Positions 57,003 through 64,000 of a DNA stretch of 64,000 bases are shown here, in pieces. Origin of the DNA: a virus. Its lineage: Duplodnaviria > Caudoviricetes. The position numbers were made by a program, and so were the translations under genes. The notes under the pieces were generated by a model, which saw only the letters and a list, made by a program, of their open reading frames with translations, ran no database searches and was not told the origin of the DNA. The stretch spans positions 18,464 through 82,463 of IMG/VR virus record IMGVR_UViG_2623620552_000001. The stretch is one strand, 5' to 3'. How positions within the stretch are numbered: the stretch's first letter is position 1; each line of letters starts with the position of its first letter.

Positions 57003-57590
57003 ATGGCAAAAGGAAGTGGAAATACAAGAAGTAGTAATGCTTCTTTATTGAAAGTAAGTCGTAGTACGGCAGGAACGGTGAAATCTGTTACTGTGTATTC
57101 TAAGAACTATGCCTTCATGCAAAATGGCAGATTGGCGAATTCTGCTACAAAGCGATTGGAAAAGATTATTGAAGAAAAGAAAGAAAATGGCTTTAGTAAA
57201 GATACAGCTCCTTTTAAGTTTGGAACATTATCTCCTGTATTAGCAGAAAAGTTTGAAGATATGACAGGAATTCATATAGTAAATAGAGACGCTTACATAG
57301 GACAGAAGTCAATGTTTCATCACCGAACAGGAGATAAAGAAGAAAAGGGGAAAGTTGTTCCTTTAAGTGAGATAGCAAAGATGCCGAAGAAGATAGGAGG
57401 TATGGATATCTATGAACATACTGGCGCTATCATTTTCACAGATTATAAAAATATGTTTGTTCTAAAACCAAACGATAGAGTAACATTAGCAAATGGAAAG
57501 ACTATCGTAACCAATCATGTAAGTAGTTCCGTTGTTACAGATAAGAAGATGTTTGGTATTGAACATGGTTACAAAAGAATAAAAATATAA
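57003..57590 (+). CDS. MAKGSG-leader protein with possible BECR/PBECR-like ribonuclease domain
   Basis: Begins MAKGSGNTRSSNAS; C-terminal half has a S..HH...K...GK...L.EI..MP..I pattern followed by a beta meander. The fold call is tentative. Confidence 0.55.
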   Translation: MAKGSGNTRSSNASLLKVSRSTAGTVKSVTVYSKNYAFMQNGRLANSATKRLEKIIEEKKENGFSKDTAPFKFGTLSPVLAEKFEDMTGIHIVNRDAYIGQKSMFHHRTGDKEEKGKVVPLSEIAKMPKKIGGMDIYEHTGAIIFTDYKNMFVLKPNDRVTLANGKTIVTNHVSSSVVTDKKMFGIEHGYKRIKI

Positions 57591-57678
57591 AGATAGTGTG
57601 ACGAGGGAATCGGACCCTTCCTTCCGCAGAACGTCTGGTTTGTTCCACATATACCAGCATCTATCACACTATCTTTCT
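57589..57678 (-). ncRNA. Candidate tRNA-like small RNA convergent with the 195-aa gene
   Basis: Perfect 13-bp closing stem (57589-57601 with 57664-57676), CUGGU/ACCAG arm, T-arm-like AGGG-UCCGAUU-CCCU; TAAATTTGCAC promoter at 57681-57691 on the - strand. Confidence 0.62.
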
Positions 57679-57790
57679 GGGTGCAAATTTAATAATATTT
57701 TATCAAAGAATATTAGTTTCAATGTTAGAATTATATTTTTTTAAATTGTTTTAAGACGATATACCGCGATATTAAGACGCATTAAGACAA

Positions 57791-58072
57791 TTATTCAGAA
57801 TGTCCATCTTCTATAATTACCTGTGGTTCAGATACTTGTGCCGTTAAACACTCTACTTCATGCCACTTCTCCAGAGGGTAATAATCCGATGTAACGATGG
57901 CATTTTTAGCATCTACATCTACCCAAGAGCCTTCTGGGGTACGACTATCTATCATCCAATCAAATCTCTTGTCATGGGCAAAGACATAGAATGCTTCTTC
58001 TTTTGTCGAGGCTGCAACCAGAATGAGCCCTCCGCTATAACTGCCCTGTCTTTTACATGCAAATACTTTCAT
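57791..58072 (-). CDS. Hypothetical protein
   Basis: 93 aa; YSGGLILVAA....EA motif. Confidence 0.7.
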   Translation of the reverse strand: MKVFACKRQGSYSGGLILVAASTKEEAFYVFAHDKRFDWMIDSRTPEGSWVDVDAKNAIVTSDYYPLEKWHEVECLTAQVSEPQVIIEDGHSE

Positions 58073-59208
58073 ACTACTTTCTTTAATTTGTTACGTTTCT
58101 TTATCTCTTTCATATTTCTCTGTACCAGTTCCACTATCTGCTTATGATAAGGAGTTTCCTTGTTTTGCACGCCTCGGCTCTGAACCACTTTGTAATTAGT
58201 CAGATTCACCTCTACTGTTTCCACTCTCTTGCCGTCAATCTTAGCAGAAAGGATAAGGGAGTTGGGCTTATCATAGTAACCGCCGACACAGTGGCACATA
58301 TGAGCCCCTTCCTCTGCGATACCCATCGCCGTAGGGATAGCTTGTATGACAATGTTATCACATTGTAGTATCATATCAAGGAACTGTTTGCGCTGTTCTC
58401 GGAAGATAGGTTCGTAGGCTTCAATCTTCTCTTTCTCTCTTTCAAGGAAACGTTTCAGGTTTACTTTTGTCGTCCAGTGCAAATGTGCTTCCGAAAGGTA
58501 TTCGGGGCAGATATAGTGCGGATTTCTTGTGTCTAATCCGAGATAATCCAAATCATTTATCATATCTATCCAATCCGACACCTCTTTTTTATCTTCCCAA
58601 TGATAGCCGTGACGGAGAGCGACACGAATAGAGTTCCAGATAGTCTCCGTTAGCTTTTCTTCATGGTAGGCGAAATACCTAAAGAGTAAGTGCTGATGAA
58701 CTTTAAGGAGTGTTTCCATTCGGTTATTCTTTAACAAAGCGAGCGCGAATTTATAAGGACTTACGCCGTGCGTAGTGGTTTTCATTCCTCGCTGTTTCAA
58801 TGCAGGCAGTAATGAACGAACCTTTGCTCTACTCCATCCTATCCTATCCATACCTCCGAGATAAGAGTATCTATAGTGTGCTTCTCTACGGAACCAATCT
58901 TTGATAGTCATTTCAGAATCTCTCTTCCATCTATCAACGCCCATAAAACGCATCTTCGCCATTGCAATAATGCACTCTTCATTGAGCCATACCTGCGCAA
59001 ACTCAAATAGCGTTCTCGGACGTTTGTAGTAATAGCGAATAACCTGCCACTCTTTGCAACGTTCCATTATAAGGTAATAGCATAGGCCTTTCCTTTGATA
59101 GATACGCTTATAATCTTTATCTATCCATTCAATATCTTTTGGACGTATTTCTTTGAGGGTAGCGGATAATTCTACTACTCTACGTTCTTCTGCGTTTCTT
59201 GGTTTCAT
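58069..59208 (-). CDS. PcfJ-like protein
   Basis: EG..M.HCV..Y, LILSA..DG.RVETVEV, VVQSRG. Confidence 0.88.
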   Translation of the reverse strand: MKPRNAEERRVVELSATLKEIRPKDIEWIDKDYKRIYQRKGLCYYLIMERCKEWQVIRYYYKRPRTLFEFAQVWLNEECIIAMAKMRFMGVDRWKRDSEMTIKDWFRREAHYRYSYLGGMDRIGWSRAKVRSLLPALKQRGMKTTTHGVSPYKFALALLKNNRMETLLKVHQHLLFRYFAYHEEKLTETIWNSIRVALRHGYHWEDKKEVSDWIDMINDLDYLGLDTRNPHYICPEYLSEAHLHWTTKVNLKRFLEREKEKIEAYEPIFREQRKQFLDMILQCDNIVIQAIPTAMGIAEEGAHMCHCVGGYYDKPNSLILSAKIDGKRVETVEVNLTNYKVVQSRGVQNKETPYHKQIVELVQRNMKEIKKRNKLKKVV

Positions 59209-59212
59209 AACT

Positions 59213-59728
59213 CTACTGAAATAAATCCATCTGTAATGCCGGTTCTTTTGCCTCTTGCTTTGGCTCTGCGCCCGTTTCTTTTGTATCGGGTATAAGTGTA
59301 GGCGAGGTTGGTTTCTTCGCTTGTGCTGCCTTTTTGCGACGTTCTTCGTCTTTCTTCTTCATTTCGGCTATCACATCGTCTTGATATTTCTTGATAGCCT
59401 CCTGACGCATCTTCTGTTTTTCTTCCTCGCTGAACGTCGTTGCCGCTGCCGACACCAACTTTACGTTGTCGAATCTGTCACCGTCCACCTTGATGTCAGT
59501 GTCGACGTAGTACTGTACTGCGAGGGCGAAGATTTCATCGTCCGACGGTATGACTACCGCCGCACCGCCCTTCTTTTGTTCTTCTGTGACCTTCTCCAGC
59601 ATCTTCGCCTGAATGTAAAGGACACATTCGTCGAGATTCTTCTTAGGGTTGCCGTAGATTTCCATAAAACCCTCGTCCTTGTAGGCTTTCGCCGTAAGGT
59701 ACATACTGATTGCTTGTCTTATTTCCAT
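59213..59728 (-). CDS. PcfK-like protein
   Basis: K.LDEC..YI, DDEIF.LA..YY, C-terminal QMDLF; upstream of PcfJ. Confidence 0.85.
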   Translation of the reverse strand: MEIRQAISMYLTAKAYKDEGFMEIYGNPKKNLDECVLYIQAKMLEKVTEEQKKGGAAVVIPSDDEIFALAVQYYVDTDIKVDGDRFDNVKLVSAAATTFSEEEKQKMRQEAIKKYQDDVIAEMKKKDEERRKKAAQAKKPTSPTLIPDTKETGAEPKQEAKEPALQMDLFQ

Positions 59729-59904
59729 AACTTATAGTTCATTTAGTTGTCGTTCCATTTCTTCCTTTAATGCGTCCATCGCTGCTTTGATGGCATTCGG
59801 GTTCCCAATACCCGATTTCTCTCCGTTAGTCCAGATAAGATGTATTTCTACACATCTGCGATTGTCTAAATCATTCTTTACTCTCAATAATGCTTCTTTC
59901 TTGC

Positions 59905-60156
59905 TCATTGTTCTTTAGTTTTTAATTGTTCGTACTGTTCATTGGTAAACCACCACCATTTGTTGTTATAGCCTTCACAAAGCCAATCGCCTTCTCTTGC
60001 CGACACACTCTTCCCGTCGTCCATTATGAAGCCGTAAGTGTCGTAGAATGCAGCACCAAAGATATCTTTCCTTATTGCTGCCACACAAGGCAATCGAAAG
60101 ATACCTTCTATTGACTTGCTTATCTGAATACATTGCTTAAATCTTATTTCTTTCAT
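59905..60156 (-). CDS. Hypothetical protein
   Basis: 83 aa; IFRLPCV...A..GDWL. Confidence 0.65.
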   Translation of the reverse strand: MKEIRFKQCIQISKSIEGIFRLPCVAAIRKDIFGAAFYDTYGFIMDDGKSVSAREGDWLCEGYNNKWWWFTNEQYEQLKTKEQ

Positions 60157-60323
60157 ATTATATCTATTACGATTTTTTTTATTCTCCCAAGACCTAACTC
60201 TTCAAGACACTCTGCTGTTTCATTGACACGTTCTAATGTAGGGAACTCCGTTGCTTCTTTTACACTCCAATTTCCTTTTTCGCAAAAAAAAGCAATATTA
60301 AATTTCTCTATCTTCATAGTTGT

Positions 60324-61154
60324 TTATCTTTCAATTAATGGTAATATTCCGTGATTCTTTAACCCGTTATAGAGGAATAGACGACCTTTCTGCGTCCACT
60401 CTGTATTCATCTTAACGTCTTTCTTTCCGTTTGTGCGTGTTATCTCCACAGGCTTAGAGTGAACATATCCCTGTGATATAAACGGCGCATAGAGAATCCA
60501 TTGACCGTTTACTTTGTGTTGCACCTTTAATTCTTGTAGGGTCTTATTGAGGGCAACCGCCGACATTCCGTAATCTTGCGCAATCTGGGTGATAGTTACC
60601 GTTTCTTTGGAGGCAAGTATCGTATCGTAGTAACTAAGTTTAGGCTGTAAGGATTCAATCTCAGCAGATAGAGCAAGTACTTGCTTCTCGGCTTCGTCAG
60701 CCCGCCGTGCCTCAATCATCTTCTGCTCATACTGCTCTGCCCATGCCCTTGCAGCCTCTGCCGGGTTGGAGAAATCGGGCAAAGCAGGTGTCTGTGAATT
60801 TGCTACTCTATGGAATACCGCACGATAAACTTCAAATACAGGACGCACTTTTCGAGCGATAAAATACTCCAAGCAAGAAGTTGTAAGGTAATAATCCATC
60901 TTATTCTGCCCTCCTTTCTTCGCTTTGGCATCTTCCAAAGCGATAGGAACTGCTTTGTAATCAATGCCCTCTTCAAATTTCTTCTTCAATGCACCAACGG
61001 CATCACCTTTCTGTCCATACACCAGAGGCCATACCTCGTCAAGATTGACAGGAAACTCCTCACTACTCTTACTTAGTTGTAGTACTCCTTCGAAATACCT
61101 CCGAATATCGCTTTCGGTACTTCCTTTGGTTAAAATAATCTGATTCTCATTCAT
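60324..61154 (-). CDS. Phage antirepressor (AntA-like N-terminus + KilAC/ANT C-terminus)
   Basis: FPVNLDEVW, F.EGIDY, LPDFSNPAEAARAWA, TITQIAQDYG, WTQKGR.F. Confidence 0.9.
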   Translation of the reverse strand: MNENQIILTKGSTESDIRRYFEGVLQLSKSSEEFPVNLDEVWPLVYGQKGDAVGALKKKFEEGIDYKAVPIALEDAKAKKGGQNKMDYYLTTSCLEYFIARKVRPVFEVYRAVFHRVANSQTPALPDFSNPAEAARAWAEQYEQKMIEARRADEAEKQVLALSAEIESLQPKLSYYDTILASKETVTITQIAQDYGMSAVALNKTLQELKVQHKVNGQWILYAPFISQGYVHSKPVEITRTNGKKDVKMNTEWTQKGRLFLYNGLKNHGILPLIER

Positions 61155-61425
61155 TGTTGTACGTTTTATGTTAGACTTCGTATTCTTCTAAAATAAAGAG
61201 TAAGGCGACATTACTGCCGCCCTACTCTCTTGCGGCTCCGTGGCTCGCGTTTGCTTCTACTAACAGATTTTCTGTCTTCCGATTGGATAATGATTATCCA
61301 TTGTTGTATCTCCTATCTTTAAATTCACTCCAAATTTAAATAGAAGAGTTCATCGAAAAAACTTAATTGTGAAAATCTGTTAATTTTTTATATTTCTTTA
61401 ATTAACATACCTTAACATTTAAGAT

Positions 61426-62184
61426 TTATTTGGATTCGATTGCTTTATTCTTGGTAAAATCCTCTAACTGCTTGTCAAAGTGTGTCATCTTTTCAAGGTC
61501 TTTGATAGAAAATTCGTCGTTAAAGAACGCTATTCCTTCATGAATTTTCTTCAATGCTTCTAGTTTTTTCTTTGTCGTTACCACTGGGTTTACATAGATA
61601 CATCCGTGCTCTTGTGCAAACCGCCGACAAGATGCGCCACCTCCATAGATAACAAAGAGTGGTTCTTCTCCTTTTGCCCAGTTTTTTGCTATTTCATATT
61701 CATATTCAAGGTTCTCCAATCTCTCCGAGTATCCGCGAGTGCAAAATGACTTCCATCCCATCGGAACACCGAGCATATTCAACTTATAGAACTTTTGAGC
61801 AACGTTCAAATCTACGAAAATACGAATACCTCGTTCTTGCATTGCACGGGCTATCCATCGTTTTTTATAAATACGTTGCAATCCGAAACTTATAGGCATA
61901 TCGTCAAAGAGGGAATAGTTTGGCTCTACTATATTACGTGGATTGGCTCGGAGTATCTGCTCTGGGTGGTCGTAAAGCGCCGTATAACGGTAATCATCCG
62001 TATAGAAGTGCATAGAGCCAAGACCTAAGAGGTTAGTAGTTCTTTTTTGCTCTCCCCAGCAAAGGAATGGTATTGACAACTCTTCTGCTTGCATATCAAG
62101 CCGTAGGTTTGGTATCTCGGCATCATTGTCCGATGGGAATAAGGTGTCGGGAATCACCTGTTCTAATTCTTTATACTTCTCCAT
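61426..62184 (-). CDS. DUF4417-like protein
   Basis: HFYTDDYRY, PNYSL..DMP, Y..RW....Q..GI, V.YGG. Confidence 0.75.
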   Translation of the reverse strand: MEKYKELEQVIPDTLFPSDNDAEIPNLRLDMQAEELSIPFLCWGEQKRTTNLLGLGSMHFYTDDYRYTALYDHPEQILRANPRNIVEPNYSLFDDMPISFGLQRIYKKRWIARAMQERGIRIFVDLNVAQKFYKLNMLGVPMGWKSFCTRGYSERLENLEYEYEIAKNWAKGEEPLFVIYGGGASCRRFAQEHGCIYVNPVVTTKKKLEALKKIHEGIAFFNDEFSIKDLEKMTHFDKQLEDFTKNKAIESK

Positions 62185-62509
62185 TTTCTATCTGTAGTTT
62201 AATATCTTCTTTTACCTTATTATATATATCCACAGTCATAGAATCTCTTGAACGCAAGAACCCGAGATATTTTCTCTGCTGATTGAGCACATTGCCTCTT
62301 GTCCGATGTATCATTTTTGCTAATCGCCGGGCGTGTACTCCGTTCTCCCAGGCAATGACGCAGCAAACACCCCTAAGAGTATTCATTAATGTACTCTTAG
62401 GTGCAGACAGCAGATGAAAATACGTTATCTTACCTGCCTTACAAACCGCATTAATGATAATATCGGCTCGACGAAACTGTTCACTTGGGCTGTATTCCAT
62501 GAGCAACAC
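62171..62509 (-). CDS. DnaA domain-IV-like HTH protein
   Basis: LLS..K......R......A.E.G.....LA..I.RT...V....RK pattern. Confidence 0.6.
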   Translation of the reverse strand: MLLMEYSPSEQFRRADIIINAVCKAGKITYFHLLSAPKSTLMNTLRGVCCVIAWENGVHARRLAKMIHRTRGNVLNQQRKYLGFLRSRDSMTVDIYNKVKEDIKLQIENGEV

Positions 62510-62620
62510 TGTAGTTTGCTCACAAAATTAATAATATATTATCTTAATTCATAATTTACTATTATTTTATTATTAATATTTAACCAAATTGGTTAAAAAA
62601 TAATAATATATTAATAGTTC

Positions 62621-63832
62621 TTAACTTTCTCTTTTAAACTCACCTTTCTCTAAAATATAATCAATAACACGACGGCTATCTTCATCTATCTTCTTTTGAC
62701 GATATTGGATATAGACTTGCGTTACGGGTTCTCCGTGTGAGTGCGAAAGACCTGCACTAACGTATGCTATATCTATGCCTATTTCGATAGCAAGTGACGA
62801 CCAAGTATGTCGCCCCCAATAAGCGGAGATTGGTTCAGTAATATTTGCTTTAATAGCAGCGTTGCGAATAGACATACGCATTTTATTTCCAAACCTCTTA
62901 TGATACTCTTCGGATGGTCTATGCCCGTCAAAAAATCTCAGTAGATGCTCTTTACCTTTGTATTTTTGAATAATCTCCATTATCTCGGGCTCTACCTTTA
63001 TCTCTATATGCTTACCAGTTTTATCTCTGTTATACTCTATACGTCCGTTTCTTAAATCACTTAGCATAAGTTCTGAAAGGTCTTTCATATTTATACCTCT
63101 CATATAGGTTATTAGAAGAAGAATGTCTATGTAAGTACGTTGTATCTTAGTAGCCTTGCAATTTATCAGCGCCCTTAATTGTTCTACAAGCAAGGAACGT
63201 TTCTTCGTTGTATCTCTCTTAATAGCTATTCTTGGGAACGGGGTTGTCACGTCACCGTTATCATAAGCAAAGTTGTAGATTGCTTTTAGTTTTATGATAT
63301 ATCCTATTATAGTGTTGTTCTTTAACCCTTCTTCTTTTAACTTCTTTCTAAACTCTTCAAGCATCTTCTTAGTAAAGTCTTGCAAGAGAAAAGAATCATA
63401 GTCATAGTGTCTTGAAAGGGCTTTCAAGGCATTGTTATAAGTGTCTATTGTGTCTTTGTTTGTCTTTTCTTTTAAACAGTATTCCGCTTGATAGGAAAGA
63501 AATTGCTTCTTCTCTAAGTTAGACCTATCCATAGACAAATACTCTATAAGTTTCTTATTATCGAACTGACGGAGTAGTCCTTTTAATTGCAAATCCCTTA
63601 TAGTTTGTTCAGCTTGTGACAGCCTTCCTCTTATATACATATTCAATGCCACCCTTTCTTTTACGTTCTTTACATAGTTCTGGTTTCGACCTGTCGCATC
63701 CCAGTCCTCTTCTTTTATCTCAATGCCTAATGGTATATAGAGTGTCTTTCCGTTGCGAGAGATAGACAATTTTACGCTATATTTCCCGTTTGATAACCGA
63801 TAACGTTTATCAAGTTTTACTGAGATTTTCAT
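62621..63832 (-). CDS. int: Tyrosine integrase (Bacteroidetes arm-binding type)
   Basis: N-terminal LDKR....GKY.VKL arm domain; GIN..DL, Y.R.KT, YWGRHTW, LSHS, T.VY catalytic region. Confidence 0.9.
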   Translation of the reverse strand: MKISVKLDKRYRLSNGKYSVKLSISRNGKTLYIPLGIEIKEEDWDATGRNQNYVKNVKERVALNMYIRGRLSQAEQTIRDLQLKGLLRQFDNKKLIEYLSMDRSNLEKKQFLSYQAEYCLKEKTNKDTIDTYNNALKALSRHYDYDSFLLQDFTKKMLEEFRKKLKEEGLKNNTIIGYIIKLKAIYNFAYDNGDVTTPFPRIAIKRDTTKKRSLLVEQLRALINCKATKIQRTYIDILLLITYMRGINMKDLSELMLSDLRNGRIEYNRDKTGKHIEIKVEPEIMEIIQKYKGKEHLLRFFDGHRPSEEYHKRFGNKMRMSIRNAAIKANITEPISAYWGRHTWSSLAIEIGIDIAYVSAGLSHSHGEPVTQVYIQYRQKKIDEDSRRVIDYILEKGEFKRES

Positions 63833-64000
63833 TATTGTTTACTGAAAGGAATTTGCAAGTTTTATTCCATTTAACGCAATATCTTTCCATTTATTGCCTT
63901 CTTGTGCCCGATATTGTCTTTTATACTCTAAAAGTCGGAAATATTGTTAAATAAAGCATATTATAGAGTTAAGACAGAAGAAATTGCACAAAATTTTTGC

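Larger units (their letters stand above)
1..63900. mobile_element. Temperate siphovirus/prophage of a Bacteroidota host (continues beyond the left edge)
   Basis: Terminase, portal, capsid, tail, tape measure, antirepressor and tyrosine integrase genes; recurring Bacteroidetes -7 promoter boxes TAnnTTTG. The att site could not be identified. Confidence 0.93.

Noticed and set aside
57589-57678. Canonical tRNA gene
   Set aside because: It has a 13-bp closing stem, no proper D arm or 7-nt anticodon loop, and no CCA. Kept only as a tRNA-like candidate.
1-64000. CRISPR array or cas genes
   Set aside because: No regularly spaced repeat-spacer units were seen; the repeated 18-nt leader is dispersed at gene starts.
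63840-64000. Attachment site next to the integrase
   Set aside because: Short ttgca-type repeats are present, but no partner repeat or target gene is visible in the window.

Overview
The whole window looks like most of a temperate siphovirus or prophage of a Bacteroidota host, probably Prevotella-like. The host call rests on recurring TAnnTTTG promoters and on PcfJ/PcfK-like, DUF4494-like and Bacteroidetes-type integrase genes. Left to right it contains: (1) a diversity-generating retroelement (RT truncated by the window edge, 116-bp TR, VR in a fibre/adhesin gene); (2) the tail fibre, tail tip, Dit and tape-measure block; (3) a separately regulated, Cys-rich + strand operon of unknown function; (4) a structured non-coding region ahead of DUF559-like nucleases; (5) a + strand early region with an Mrr moron and an ADP-ribosylglycohydrolase; (6) a MuF-ADP-ribosyltransferase, a radical SAM, portal, tail and head genes; (7) terminase and a complete preQ1/7-deazaguanine cluster (folE, queE, queD, queC, queF, TGT/DpdA-like, ParB-like); (8) PcfJ/K, antirepressor, DUF4417-like and integrase. 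The most unusual signals are these. Four otherwise unrelated proteins share an N-terminal MAK(G/A)xG(T/N/S)T leader. Two of them are nuclease-like, and each is faced by a convergent, separately promoted structured ncRNA with tRNA-like parts. A 9-bp element sits at fixed spacing in seven promoters and appears to define a late regulon that includes these genes and the regulator of the Cys-rich operon. An 18-nt Shine-Dalgarno-containing leader is repeated on early genes. All family assignments come from motif recognition by eye; no database search was run.
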